A stretch of 63,142 nt of DNA, filler included, from Chiloscyllium plagiosum (GCF_004010195.1; 5 parts of one record of this genome joined end to end with filler, not necessarily neighbours in it); one strand, 5' to 3'; positions 1 through 13,568 are shown, counted from the whole stretch's first letter. Numbers and translations: made by a program. The notes: generated from the letters alone by a model not told the origin.

Positions 1-760
1 GACTTTTACACTTAATGGTAAGGTCCTGGGGAGTATTGCTGAACAAAGAGACCTTGGAGTGCAGGTTCCTAGCTCCTTGAAGGTAGAGTCACAGGTAAAT
101 AGGATAGTGAAGAAGGCGTTTGGTATGCTTTCCCTTATTGGTCAGAGTATCGAGTATAGGAGTTGGGAGATCATGTTGCGGCTGTACAGGACATTGGTTA
201 GGCCACTGTTGGAATGTTGCGTGCAATTCTGGTCTCCTTTCTATCGGAAAGATGATGTGAAACTTGAAAGAGTTCAGAAAAGATTGACAAGAATGTTGCC
301 AGGGTTGGAGGATTTGAGCTATAGGGAGATGTTGAATAGGCTAGGGCTGTTTTCCCTGGAGCGTTGGAGGTTAAGGGGTGACCTTATAGAGGTTTATAAA
401 ATCATGAGGGGCATGGAAAGGATAAATAGACAAAAGTCTTTTTCCTGGGGTGGGGGAGTTCAGAACTAGAGGGCATAGGTTTAGTGTGAGAGGGAAAGAT
501 ATAAAAGATACCTAAGGGGCAACTTTTTCATACAGAGGGTAGTACGTATATGGAATGAGCTGCCAGAGTAAGTGGTGGAGGCTGGTAAAACTGCAACATT
601 TAGAAGGCATCTGGATGGGTGTATGAATAGGAAGGGTTTGAAGGGATGTGGGCCGGGTGCTGGCAGGTGGGACTAGATTGGGTTGGGATATCTGGTGGCA
701 TGGACGAGTTGGACTGAAGTGTCGGTTTCCATGCTGTACATCCCTATGACTCTATGACTC
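1..760 (+). mobile_element. CR1 LINE 3' end (ORF2 C-terminus, 3' UTR, CTATGACT tail)
   Basis: ORF 59-469 (LYRTLVRPLLECCVQFWSP...LERVQKR...RLRGDLIEVYKI); ends in ctatgactctatgact. Confidence 0.92.
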
Positions 761-1251
761 ATTATCTTAAAATGTATCCTCAATTTATGCATTCCCTGCA
801 CCTGAACATTAAGGTCTAATATTGCACCAATATTGGGCCTCAGGCCTGATTTTAAGAACTAGTATGGGATGTGAGCCCTCAGGGAGTCAATGGTTATGCC
901 ACTACTAACTCCATATCATCCGTCAGGTAAGTGGGTGGGACCAGAGGTGAAGTCACAGTGATTGGGGATGGGTTTACAGGAAATTGTGGCCTTAACATTT
1001 TGTCACAGGCTAGTTTTTGCTCTTCACAGCTCTATATTCAGGTAAGCTTCTTACAGAGAAAGAGATGCTCCATGCGCCCATATCTGTATCACTATGTTAT
1101 AAATCATCTTCAAAATGTACAAGTCAATCCTTGCTCCAGAAGTCCAAAAGAAAAAGTAGAATCATGCTTTGGTATGTCACTCATAAAAATGTTACAAAAA
1201 CCGTCATGCTCTCATATCCTCTGTTGTTCCTGAGTGACACTAGTCTGCTAT

Positions 1252-1383
1252 CTACTCATCTCCGATTACTTCAACCACAAAAGGTTCCTTCACGTCTATC
1301 TTGCCACTATTTACAATCACACAGTCTTGAAGAGGTAGGTTTTCACTGTTTGTTTCCTGGAGTTCTATCATGTGTACCACGGG
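1252..1383 (-). CDS. PPIC: PPIC coding exon 5 (terminal): [43 protein letters not shown]
   Basis: Long polypyrimidine tract and tag|CCC acceptor, TAG stop at 1254-1252. Resembles the cyclophilin C C-terminus. Confidence 0.94.
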   Translation of the reverse strand, partial: PVVHMIELQETNSENLPLQDCVIVNSGKIDVKEPFVVEVIGDE

Positions 1384-1679
1384 CTAAAAAAATGAAAAAA
1401 AAAACTGTTAGTAACATTCTGGGAGAATTGTCAAATTTACATTTTCAACATTCCCCAAAGATGCCATATTATCAGGACCAATGTGACAGTTAATTATGGC
1501 TGGTATTTTTCATGGAATGGAATGAGGAGGTTATACAATTATACTCATTCCTGCTCCCATTTTCTTAAACTCTGTTCGAACCCAAATGTCCTGATAGTCT
1601 GGAACAGAAGCTACATGTGCCACCACGAAGAAGACCCTAAGACAGGCAGTAAGTATCAACCAGAGACATCAGGACAAGT

Positions 1680-1770
1680 TCTTGATAAAGGGCTTTTGCT
1701 CAAACATTGATTCTCTTGCTCCCCGGATGCTGCCTGACCTGCTGTGCTTTTCCAGCACCACACTCTCAAC
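1680..1770 (+). mobile_element. Penelope-like element terminal fragment (degenerate hammerhead region)
   Basis: cttgataaagggcttttgctcaaacattg...gatgctgcctgacctgctgtgcttttccagca, shared with the copies at 22881, 23810, 48901 and 62661. Confidence 0.6.
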
Positions 1771-2059
1771 GTCAGGATGAGTGAAGACCCCCTGAGCAAG
1801 CAATCAGCGCCACTAAGAGGAGAAGGTGAGGAAAGGTCTCATTAGCAATCAGTCAGAGACAGAGCTAAATACATTGGAGTTGACTGGAATTTGGTCTTGC
1901 TGCATTAAAGGGAAAGAAATTAGCTGTATGTGAGTCTCTTGTAAGTGATTAAGGCCTTTCCTCTTACTAAATTTTAACATTGTGTACAAATTAGTGGTAA
2001 AGCTAATAACAGATATAAAATGCAACATAAGTAAATGAATAATGTCATTAAAACTCATT

Positions 2060-3500
2060 TAGGGTGACAGTTCAATTGATGTGTCAAGGCTATAGCATAT
2101 GGGAGTTCTTGGATACCATTGTGATCAAGGGCAAACATGTCTGCTGTAAGTGTTTGATGTTCGAGCAATTTTGGTTTGGCATTTATGAGATGCATGCTAA
2201 ACTACAAACACTACAAAGCATCAGTGAGGGGGAAAGTTACCTATATTATTTGTACCAGTAGGCAGTGACCAGATGTGGACAGTGGTCAGGCACAAGAGGA
2301 TTTGACTGCAAATGAGGCAAATAAGGAAAAATGAAGACAGCAGAAGTGTCAGCCTCTGCAATTGACCAGTAGCTTTGAGACTCTCTTGGTCTGCATTAGA
2401 GCAGAGACTGCAGGGTTTATGTACAAACTGACTACGACACCATAGTGCAGGAAGCAATCAAGTTGGGAAAGCAGCAAGAAATGCAGTAGTAGTCGTAGGA
2501 ATAGTACAGTGAGGAGAATTGGTACATTCTCTCAAGAGCAAGAGTCCAGACTACTGTGTTGCCTGACCAGTACCTGGGTTCGGGACATCTGCTCAGGGCT
2601 GGAAAGGAACTTCCACTGGCAATGGGGAGCATCCAGTGGCCATGGGCACAGTCCATGTATTTACCAATGACATAGACAAAACTAGGAAAGAGATGGCATG
2701 GTGGCTCAGTGGTTAGCACTGCTGCTTCACAGTGCCAGGAACCCTGGTTCAATTCCAACCTCAGGCGACTGTCTCTGTGGAATTTGCACATTCTCCCTGT
2801 GTCTGCGTGGATTTCTTCCAGGTGCTCCAGTTTCCTCCCACAATTCAAACATGTACAGGTTAGGTGGACTGCTCATGCTTAATTGTCTGTAATGTCCAAA
2901 GATGTATAGTTTAGGTGGATCAGCCATAGGAAATGCAGGGTTACAGGGATAGGATAGGAGGTGAGTCTGGGTGGGATGCTCTTCAGAGAGTGGGTGTGGA
3001 CTTGTTGGATCAAATGGCATGTTTCCTCACTGTAGGGATTCTATGAAAGAGGTTCTGTGGACAGAATATGAGGAGTTGGGCATTACATTTAAAAGCACAA
3101 CCCCAAAGGTTTAAACCTCTGATTAGCTAGACTGCATGCAAATTCATAGAAGACACATAGCATTAGAGATGAAAACTTAGCTCAAAGACTGGCCTGGGAA
3201 ATGCGGCTTTCAGTCTGTGCGCCATTGGCACCAGTGCCAGGGTAAGTGGGGGCTGTATCATTGGGAGGTCTGCATCTGAACTATTTTGGGACTAAGGAAG
3301 TGTAGAGAATATTGAACTAAATAATGGGGAAAAGGATCAAATGTGGAAAGATAGGAAGTTATTAAGTAGAGAAAAGAGGGAAATATCAGAATATGGTCAC
3401 AGAATGGCAGGAAATGGCACAGAAGGGAAAAAAAATCTTCGAAATACAATATTCAACAATGTTACAAAGATAGTAAAAAAACAAACTAAAGGCTAAAACT
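2060..3500 (+). mobile_element. Decayed CR1 5' region (ORF1 zinc finger/esterase), interrupted by a SINE
   Basis: ORF 2064-2261 MCQGYSIWEF...HVCCKCL resembles a CR1 ORF1 zinc finger; downstream esterase-like remnants. Confidence 0.5.
2693..3046 (+). mobile_element. tRNA-derived SINE (HE1/V-SINE type)
   Basis: A box ggtggctcagtggttagc, B box ggttcaattcc, central gtttgcacattctccc domain, CR1-like tail gggattctatga. Confidence 0.9.
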
Positions 3501-3979
3501 GGGTCACAAGAGCATTAACACAACTCTTGAATCTAGTTTACAATCCATGCACCTGTGCAGCAAGAGTATGTGGAAAACCTGTTGCCACACAAAATATGAT
3601 ACAGCAAATCATTTCATCTGCCTGGGTGAGAGCTGCAGTATGTGAAGCAGCTTAAAAATGCATTGTGGTCTGCTGTATGATGTATAACATTGCCAGATTG
3701 GGAAGACAGTTCTTAACACAAGCTATGTCATACAAGGAACATGAGCAGAAGGAGGAGGAGGAGGATTAGGGGAAGGAGAATGAAGATGGATGATAGCAAC
3801 CTGGTGAGCCACTTACTAATTTGAGTACAATACCAATGTTTGTAACCCCAATTCCCCATTCACTAACAATTGCACACTATTTACCTGCTTTCTGTTATAG
3901 ACTATCACATCAACCTTTTGATTGCACAAATAAAAACCACCAAAAAACCAACCCTCCAAATAAACTTTATTTCCAAGAT

Positions 3980-5810
3980 TATGCCAAATTGCACATAACC
4001 TGATAGTAACTATCCTTTTGAATTCCTTGAATGACTGTTTTCTGCATGCCTTTATCTGGCAGTATAAACAGGGCTATTTGGCCCTTTAGGTCTGATTTGC
4101 CATTGATTATAGCTGATCTGCTTGTAGTCTCAACACCATTTTCCTCTGTCCCATTATCCTTCATTCACTTATCTTAACAACAATCTATCTAAGTAAATGT
4201 TGAATAAATCCAATGATTCAGCCTCTTCTGCTTTCTGGGGAAGAGAATCTGCCCGAGTTCTCTGAGAGAAATGATTTCTGCATCTCTGTTTTGAAAGGGA
4301 GACTTCTTGTTCTGAAACTAGTCCCTCAGGATCTTATGTTTCAATAAGATCACCTCTCACTTTTCTAATTCCAATGAATAAAGGCCCAACTTGTTTCATC
4401 CTTCTTTACAAAATAAGCCCTTCATCCTAGTAATGAATTGAGTAAACTTTCTCTGAATCACTTTGAATGTACAACTGTAACAAAATATTCCATTCCTCTT
4501 GCAAGAATTCATAATATTCCACTTGCCAACCTAATCACTTGCTGTATCTGCGTACTAATTAAAAACCAGGAAACCCATATGCCTCCACCACTTCTACAAT
4601 CGTTCTCCAAATAATATGCTGCTTTTCTATTCTTCCTGTCGTAGTGAACAAGTACCCATTTTCCCATATTATAATTCATCGGCTAGACCAATCCCTCTCA
4701 CTAAATCTGTCTATGGCCTTTAGACAATCTCTACTGCCACTTGAGAACTTACTTTCCCACTTACTTTAATGTCATTGGCAAAGTTAGACACCATGGATTT
4801 GGTGCCTTCATCCAAAGCATGGATACAGATTGTAAATAATCAAGGATCGAGCACTGATTACAGTGGGACCATATTCACTAAAATTTGCCAATTAAAAAAG
4901 ACCAACTTTCTGCTTCCTGCCAGCTAACCAATCCTACTCTCATCCTACTATGTTACCACAATGCTATGCGCTCTAATCTTGTTCAGTAATCTTTAGAATA
5001 AGCAATAGAAGCAGGAGTAGGCCTCTTAGCCCTTCAAGGCTACTCTGCCATTCTAGAAGATTGTGGTGATGTTCTAATTTACACCATTTTCCTGCACTAT
5101 CCCAGTATCCCTTGATGTTTTTAATACATCTTAGTCTATGAGTTCTGAACTTGCTCAACATCCTCTGGAGTGGAGAATTAGAATTTCCTCCTCATCCCAG
5201 TCCTAAATGGTCTTCCCCTATTCTAAGACAGTTTCCATTGATTTAGGACTGTTCTTGTTAACTACAAGATACTCTTCTAGTTAGACCAAGAATTGGCTAC
5301 CTCTCCCACATCAGACCCAACCATCTGTGTAGAATCCTAGCGACTTTGTAGTAATTTTCATCATGAGCATCAGATCGTACAGCATTGTGAACTGGCCTGA
5401 CCATAGAACAAACATTAGACCTAAAATCTTCTCTCCAAACAATATTAATGCTCTCACTAAGTAACAGAGCTACGCCTTTCCCAGCTTCCCATTTTTCACG
5501 ATTGTCAAATTGCCTTGAATTTTGTGGTCCCTGCTTTGATTTCCCTGTAAACATGTTTCTGTAGTCGCTATCAGATCATAAATGAATGGTGATTTGAGCT
5601 GATAATTCCTCTGGTTTATTGCTTCTAAAATGTGGCACCTTTTCAAATGCCCTTTGGAAATCCAAGTACACTGCATCCACAGTTTCCCTCCAATCTAGGA
5701 GGCTTGTTGCCTCCTCAAAAAAAAATGTTGTCAGTTAAGTACAATCTCCTTTCACAAAATCTTACTGACTGCTTGAATGTTTATATAAAGAGTTGCCCAA
5801 TATTTGCAGC
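3980..5810 (-). mobile_element. Degraded CR1-group LINE fragments
   Basis: Minus-strand remnants of RT (YLDFQKAF-like at 5630-5680) and 3' UTR pieces; many stops. Confidence 0.55.
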
Positions 5811-5949
5811 ATAGCTGGTGGAATAGAGCTGACTTTCAATGGGAGAGACTGTGAAAGGTCTTTGAGCAGCCAAGTCAGCAATCTCGAGCAGCTCTGAATC
5901 TAGAAGGCCAGCTTCAGACAGCATTAACTCCATAGAGTGGTATCGATCT

Positions 5950-8340
5950 GGGCCAATTGGTTGACAGCTGGAAATGTGGGGGTATGAAGGACGAATGCTG
6001 TCACCCTGAGGGAAAGTGAAGTCCCTGCTACTGTCTTAGGGCAGTACCTGAGCAATCCTATTGAAAGACAGGTTCACTGGACTGTTGTGACACCCTGCAA
6101 GTTGCTTGATTATTGCTATCTGCAGCCGCAGTGGGCACTGTCTTGGCAGAGAGCTGATCTTGCACAACTTCAGTCTGAGGTTCCGCTGAAATACTCAGGC
6201 ATTTGACAAAATCTGTTCATTCTGCAAGTGTGGCTCAGACATCAGTTATCAGAAGCTGCATCATTGCTGAGTCCTCAAATGGTGTCGAACAGCATTTTCA
6301 TGCTCAAAAGGATGGGCCTCAAACTCTGCACAAAGTCCTGCGTAAGATTGGTACCAGGCTCATCCATGAATGCAGGCTTCTATCAGGTTTTCCAATGCAC
6401 CAAGTATCCAGTCATGTTTAGCCATCAGCCCATTTCGATAGCCTGGCCATCAAACTCCTCATTTGAGTTCTCTATAAAAGTTGTATGTGATCCTGTCCTC
6501 TGGCAAGCTGGTGCTTGTGCAATATTTCTCGCTATGCCCCAGTTGCAGCCCAATCTCTCATCATGAGCTAGTCTTGCCTCTGATCCATCCTCTAAGTTAT
6601 GCACAGTTTCAGCATCTGAGCTGGTGACTGTGGGTGTGAACACAAGTGACATGGATCTTCATCTTCACTCAACTGAGCAGGCTGCACTTAGGTATCTGAA
6701 AGAGAACAGCATATGGGTAAGGAGTGGTGATTGTGAGGCTGGAGGATCATGGAAAAAGTAAGATACTTACACCTTTTGAAAATTGTAAGTCGGAAGAGGT
6801 TGTAGAATAAAAGAGAATGAGAATGTTGTCATTTTTAGTGCTCTCACCACCAGCTCCTAAGACCTCAACAATGATCTTTCTGATTGTGGACTCTGGACAG
6901 CACTGTCTCCTCCAGGGGAGTCAGGAGATGCAGCCATGGTTCTCCTCCTCCAGTTAATTCCTCTTATCTTCTCTTGTATATCACCTTCTCCTACAAGAAA
7001 CAGGGCACGGTCTCAGCGATTGTTGTGCAATATGTTTAGGTGATGTGGCTGTTCTAGTTAGGACATGTGGATCAGAAGCATAGTTTTATTTGTTCATGGG
7101 ATGTGAGCATTACTGGCAAGGTTGGCATTTATTGCACAACCCTAATTTTCCTTGAGAAGGGGGTGGTGATATGCTTTCTTCAATTCTATGTGGTTTAGAT
7201 ACACCCATACTGCTGTTAGGGAGGGATTATCAGGAACCCGCTCAACGATAGCGCAGGAATGATGATAAAGTTCCAAGACAGGATGGTGCATGAGTTGGAG
7301 AGGAACTTGGAGGTAATGATGTTCCTGTGTTTCTGTTGCCTTTGTTTTTCTAGGTGGTTTAGATTGCAGATTTGAAATGTGCTCTTGAAAAAACATTGCT
7401 GAATAGCTGCAGTGTATTTTGTAGATGGTACACAATGTTATCACTGCACATTAAAGAACATCCTACTGCCATCAGAGTATTCAAGACTGAAAATAACACA
7501 GGTTTCGAACTGAATTATTAATGTGTTGTGTCAGAGGGTAGGGGAGGCAGTAACTTTCGCAACATTTAAGATGTTTCTGGATGAGCACTTCATATGCCAG
7601 GTTATGAATTGAGTATAGGTAAATGGGATGAGCATAGTTTGGTATTTTTCTGTGGCATAGATATGGTGGGCCAAAGGGCCTGTTTTGATTCTGTATGACT
7701 CTATGACTATGACACCAGTTGTGGAATGAGTGAATACTGAACATAGTGTGTGGGATGCTAATCAAGCAAGCTACTTGGTCATGGATGGTTTTAACCGTCT
7801 TGAGTATTATTGGGGCTGCACTTGAGTATTATTGGGGCAAGTGGAGAATATTCCATTGCACTCTTCACTAGTGCTTTATGATAGTGCTATGTCTGAATGG
7901 AAGATGAAATATATATATGAGTGTTATGAATGAGTCTTGATTGATCGAAATTGATGGGAAGTGTGATGCTGAGCAGTAATTGAGGTTCATCGTGCGGTTG
8001 GTAGGATGTGGCATTTGGAGGTGCATTTAAAGACTTTGGCTACTCATTGTAGAATATTGAACTTCTTGCAGCATTGCATCCACAAGCTTGGCGCTTGACT
8101 TCTGGAATTGACCTCTGAGGCGATCTGCTCCCAATGCCTCTTCACTGGATACCTGGAGGCCCTCCTGATGAGCTGTTGGTCCAGGACTTTGCTCCGCCTT
8201 TCCACCAAGAGCTCTGGTGTGGCATCAGAAAACCCAAGTGCTTGCTCTTTCCCATGTTCAGCCACTCCCAACACCGACTGCAGCCACATGGTCCTTTGTT
8301 TCAAATAGGTGCAGGCAAGTTTCTAGGTTGGCAAACATAA
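5950..8340 (-). mobile_element. PIF/Harbinger remnant encoding a Myb/SANT-like DNA-binding protein, with nested LINE pieces at about 7090-7880
   Basis: ORF 8044-8304 (-) FSDATPELLVE...HWEQIASEVNS...WMQCCKKFNIL is a trihelix Myb/SANT-like pattern. A coiled-coil-like remnant lies at 6200-6700. Confidence 0.65.
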
Positions 8341-9801
8341 GAGCAAAAGACTACAGATGCTGGAAATCTTAACACTGAAACTAAAAGTTTTGACAACAGC
8401 AAATTAGGCAGTGCCTCTGGGCAATGAAATAAACATGAATTGTGAAACATAAAGCCCTTCCCCCATGGTGGGTTAAGAAGTAGTAGATGCCATTTGCTGG
8501 AGAGGGAGGGTGCGGGATGGGAAGCCCATCGTACTCCTCATTCCCCACTGGTATTTGAGCTTCAGCTGCCATGGCAGTTACCAACTTGGGAGGCTGTCCA
8601 GTAAACCCTGTCAGTTTGCCAGGCCTATTGTTGAGGGAGGGAGGAGGGGGCCATCATTCACAGGGACCCAGCCACTACCCTGGACTCTGGGTACCCTCCT
8701 GTACATCACTAGCAAACTTCCCATCCAACCCCTCTCACCTCTATCGAGAGATCCAGCACCAATCCCTCCTTCAGGCTCTGGGTTTCGTACCAACAGTCAC
8801 CACCACTGCAGTGGAGTGCTGCTGGTCTTTGATTTTTCGACAGATTTTGGGTTGGCACTTCTGAGTGTACTGGGCCTTTAATCAAGTGGGAGGTCCAACA
8901 ATGTCCAGATGAGTGGCTGACTGCGTGGTAATTCTGTCTAACAGGGCTCAAGATGGTTCCCTAATCAGTGAGCAGATGCTCCCCCCACCCACATTCAGGT
9001 AGATAAATGATACCCCCACTTTTCAAGTAAAGGGTCTTTCATCAGAGTGATAAAAGACCATCTCTTCTTGAAATGTTAACACAATTCCTCTCAAAAGATG
9101 CTGCCTGATCAGCTAAACATTTCCACTGTTTTCTGTTTATTATCTTTTTTGGGAGGCCCCTGCTAATTTGAGCTGCTCATCAAAAGCATACTTGGTACTG
9201 ATTGCATGCAGTACTCATGTAAATGAGCAGACTGCATGAAGATTGTTCCCTGTGTATACTGCATCCGATGAGTTATTTGCACAGCATAATCCCCACACCC
9301 ATTTTCAGTGTCCATGCATTAGCTACCAGCCTATTTAAGAACACACAAATAATCTTGCATTTCATGTTCACATTCAGGCCAACAAAATGTGTACTGGATA
9401 TACCTTTCATATGGAAACAGAAAACAGTATGTATGTGGTGACTGTTTTTCACAAAAGATTAATACACTTAATTAATAGTGATTGAATACAATGATTTGAT
9501 TTAAAAATGAGGTCCTTTGTAAATAACATAATTTATGTATTTAAAAAATAAAATGTAATTAAAAGATCCCAAACCTCTGAGTGTGTAGTAGAGTGGGATC
9601 TGTTCATTCCAAAACTAAAGATGGCTGGAAAGTTTGTGAACAGTGCTCTTTGTCTTGCTGCTTAGTTGGCTAGCCTATCTTCAGTTTAGTGGAATAATAT
9701 CTACTTATACATGTAGCCATTGTTGCTGAAAGAAAAGGTTTTAGGAAACAATTATATAGAATATAATAATTGATCAGTCAGACAAGTAAACAGTTAGTTA
9801 C

Positions 9802-9986
9802 CATTCCAGATATGACCTTTCCAAATACCACATGCTTTCCATCTAGCCACTTTGGTTTTGTCAATGAAATAAAAAACTGGGAGCCATTAGTATCTGGTCC
9901 TGAATTAGCCATGCTGACCCATCCAACTCCATAGTGTTTCAGTTTGAAGTTTTCATCAGGAAAAATATCTCCATAGATGCTTTTTC
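9802..9986 (-). CDS. PPIC: PPIC coding exon 4: (G)[61 protein letters not shown]
   Basis: Acceptor ttctag|GA, donor ATG|gtaact, 185 nt. Motifs [27 protein letters not shown]. Confidence 0.97.
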
Positions 9987-10349
9987 CTAGAACATCAAAG
10001 AGCAGTGTTTCGTGTATTAATGTACATTAGTCTGATACTTTGGTCATTATTTACAGATTATTAACTGATCTAATGCTCTCTAGTTTGTGCTCTAACCAGA
10101 AGTCCTATATTCTTAGAATGTCATCATGCAACACAGACAAAATAGTAAATGCAGCAATCAGAATGGATGAGAAAAGTTAAAATAGTGGTGAATTAATTTT
10201 TTTTTTGTTTTTATGCTAAATGTATTTTACCAGAAATGAAAAATAATCACAAGTCCAACACCTATTTCTCTGGCAAAGTAAAACCACTTTCTAATGTAAA
10301 ATATAACTTTAACATTTTAAAAAATCTTTTAAAGTGTACTTTTTTACAG

Positions 10350-11105
10350 TTACTTTTTATTCATTTGTGGGACGTTGGTGGCGCTGGCTGCCAGCAATTG
10401 TTGTCTGTCTGTAGTTGCTATTAAGGTGGAGGTAAGCTGCCTTCTTGAACTGCTGCAGTTCACTAGTGTAGGGAAAGAATTCCAGGACTCTGACCCAGTA
10501 AGGAACAGTGATATAGTTTCAAGTCCGGACGGTAAGTGTGTTGGAGGGGAAATTGAAGGTGGTGATGTTCCCATGTATCTGCTGCTCTTGTCCTTCCAGA
10601 TGAAAGTGGTCATGGATTTGGAAGGCGCTGTCTGAGGATCTTTGGTGCATTTCTGCAATGCATGTTATGGATAGCACACACTGCTGCTATTGAGCGTCAG
10701 TGGTGGAGGAAGTGGATGCTTGTGGATGTGATGCCAATCAAGCGGGTTGCTTTGCCCTGGATGGTGTCAAGCTTCTTGAGTGTTGTTGGTACTGCACCCA
10801 TCCAGACAAATGAGGAGAATTCCACTACACTTCTGACTTGTGCCGTGTAAATGGTGGACAGGCTTTAGTGAATCAAGTAGTGAGTTACTCGCTAAAATAT
10901 TCCTAGCCTCTGACTTGTTCTTTTAGCCACAGCATTTATGTGGTGAGTCCAGTTGAGTTTATGGTCAATGGTAACCCCAAGGATGTTGATAGTGAGGGAT
11001 TCAGTGATGGTAACATCATTGAATGTCAAGAAGCAGTGATTAGATTGTCTCTTATTTGAAATGGTCATAGCCTGGCACTTGCATGCCGTGAATGTTACTT
11101 GTGTA
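10350..11105 (-). mobile_element. CR1/L2-group LINE 3' fragment
   Basis: Same family as 7090-7440, 18590-18880 and 26850-27270 (ttcaagaaggcagctcaccaccacctt motif); RT C-terminal remnant. Confidence 0.7.
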
Positions 11106-11139
11106 TGCTATATAAAAAAAAATCAAAGGCAATTATTAC

Positions 11140-11233
11140 CTCCTTTTCCACTTCTTGAAGTAATATCTCCACCCTGTATCAAGAAATCCTTAATAACACG
11201 ATGGAACGTGCTGCCTTTGTAACCAAACCCTCT
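11140..11233 (-). CDS. PPIC: PPIC coding exon 3: [31 protein letters not shown](G)
   Basis: Acceptor ctttcag|AGA, donor G|gtaata, 94 nt. Contains the catalytic FHRVI..F.IQGGD motif. Confidence 0.96.
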
Positions 11234-11599
11234 CTGAAAGCCATTTAATGAAAAGAACATTTTAATCAGTTAACTTGAGTTCAGATTGGATAATGAAATG
11301 AAAAGCTTGACCAATATTTTATACATCAATGAAAATAATGAGTATACATTTTATAAAACATTATTTTATGTAAATTCTCTTTAGGAGTAAAAACTCTGTG
11401 TAAAGTCAAAGTACTTAATATAATCAGTCAGTTATTGATTATGACAAGTAGAATATAGTAGTCTACATCCAAAATTACAAACAAAATTTTATCTTGGTGG
11501 AATGTAATAAATGACAGGGATTCCATTTAGGGAAAAAAAAACCTGAAAATGTCACTTTAAGAAAAATTGAATCATGATTTACTATAAGATGCCAGAGAT

Positions 11600-11775
11600 T
11601 CCATCGGCCCTCCCAAATAGATGTAAAAGATCTCCTGGTATAATTCCAAGATAATTGGAGTTGTTCTTCCAGAGCTGGGCCAATATTTTTACCTCAGACA
11701 ATATCAATCAGAATAGATTATCGAATGGTTTGTCACAATACTATTAGCAGGAGCTAGCCACATGCAAACTGATCC
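11600..11775 (+). mobile_element. Old DeuSINE/SacSINE-like fragment in PPIC intron 2
   Basis: gatgtaaaagatctcc...ggccaatatttttacctca...agattatc resembles the Deu domain as recalled; not aligned. Confidence 0.5.
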
Positions 11776-13454
11776 CCCAAATCATAAGAATGTGAAGTAC
11801 TTGAACTACTGAGGAGCACATTGGCTTAGGGGAAGGGGACGGGGAAGGGTTATGTAGTAACCATGATCTGGGTGTCTTTGAAATCCTTTATAAATATGGC
11901 AGTTTTTAACAGGTGTTATTGGCAACTGGTAGTACTACATCATTTCTGTACTGAACTTTATTTTTATTAAACACATTTTGGTTGGAATTATTCACTGAAT
12001 ACTTACATACATGGTTAGATGTGACTGCAAGAAAGTAAATTAAACTGAAATTTATAAATACAGACCATAGCTGGATATTCAATACAAGAAACATAAATAA
12101 GGAGCTCAACTCAAAGAGGCTAGTGAGGAAGGCAGAAGGGAAATCAAGTACGTATTTTTTTCCAGTTTAATTCAGTTTAAATGCATTTAGTGTACAATTC
12201 TTTAGATGATGAGATTTGAACAGCTGCTAAACTTTCCTAAGGGGTTCTTCTGTAATTATTTATAATTAGATTATACTGGAACAGAAAATATAAATAGGCC
12301 TATCTAATACGTGTATATTTCCTTTTCATCAGTCTCTCTTCTTCTTTACATATTAAGTGCTTGTTTTAAACGTTCACAAACTTTTTCAAATACCGAACCA
12401 ACAATGGCAGCCTGCACTGATCTAAAAGTCTCATCAAAGTTTGAGTGATGGCTTTGATTTTTAGCATATACACTAAAACCTGAATAAATATACAAGAGTT
12501 CCAAGCATAACAATTTCTTGGCAGCAAATCTGAACTTAATTGTACAGGTTAAACAGTTAAAGGAGCTCTTTTATTGTGCATGTCTGCAAATGAGTCCAGA
12601 TATATTTCTCCATTGAGTTTCCAGTTTTGCCTTTAACAGGAAGGATCTCAACCAAGGAGAGAAAAATATAAAATCAGGGAATCTACCTAGCACATCATTT
12701 AGAAAATAATTTCTGAGATCACATAATAAACAGGGAAAAGTAATTTTGTCATTCTAGGATCTGTGATGGGAAAAGATTAAAAAAGAAATTAAGCTGGCAT
12801 AAAGTCAGACTGATAAGATACAAGTTTATTCAATTTCTCATACTTTTTCCTCACCAGTTTCAGCTGGGTCTTTATGAGAAAACAAAGCAACAGTTAGAAA
12901 TGTCATCACAGAGAGAAAAAGGAACAAGTGGAGGGCCAAACATTCCATTGATACTGCTTTCTTCTCTAATGTTTTGGTAAAAATATGGGAGCAGTCTCTT
13001 TTATATGTTTATATGGAATTATATGTTCAATGCGATGTACATGATAATGTAGTACATTCAAATAATGAAAAAGAAAATTACAGAATAACACTTCATTTAT
13101 GAATGCACCTTCCATGGCCATTAAGTGATACTCTAACTTGGAGCTTCGAGCTCAGAGGCAGGCTCACTACTCAGTGTGTTACAAGATACTACAGTCTCAG
13201 CAATATTAAAACTGCTTCAAATTCATGGAAGTATTGCATGGAATATAAAGTTTGATGCATTTCAACATTTAAAAATCATTACAATGCATGCACCATGAAT
13301 AATATTTGGACAAAATGGGGATTCAGATTTGCAGACTGGCTCAGAAAATTGTGTGCATCAAATGGTAATGAGCATTTAATAAAATTAATTAGTTTATAAT
13401 TTATGTTATAACTAGTTAGTTATTCATAATTTAACATGACAGTCAGTTTCTTAC

Positions 13455-13568
13455 CTCGCCAGTCGCTAGGGTGATAAAATTGTCTACTGTCAATGGAACA
13501 ACTTTACCAAATAAACCAATAATGATCCTTCCAACATCTTTACCACCGATTTGAATATCGAAGAATAC
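13455..13568 (-). CDS. PPIC: PPIC coding exon 2: [38 protein letters not shown]
   Basis: Acceptor ctttag|GTA, donor GAG|gtaaga, 114 nt, phase 0/0. Cyclophilin N-terminal strands. Confidence 0.96.

Noticed and set aside
760..1251. PPIC polyadenylation signal
   Set aside because: No clear AATAAA or ATTAAA on the minus strand found by eye before the CR1, so the 3' end is not called.
1017..1493. 158-aa plus-strand ORF
   Set aside because: Antisense shadow over PPIC exon 5, with no recognisable domain.
9015..9050. Sense-strand hammerhead in PPIC intron 4 (CTGATGA-AAG...CTT-GAAA)
   Set aside because: No stem III or NUH triplet follows GAAA; truncated relic.
12394..12479. 86-nt pseudo-exon in PPIC intron 2
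   Set aside because: Weak donor (CG|GTATTT), frameshifting and no cyclophilin similarity; exons 2 and 3 already join in frame.
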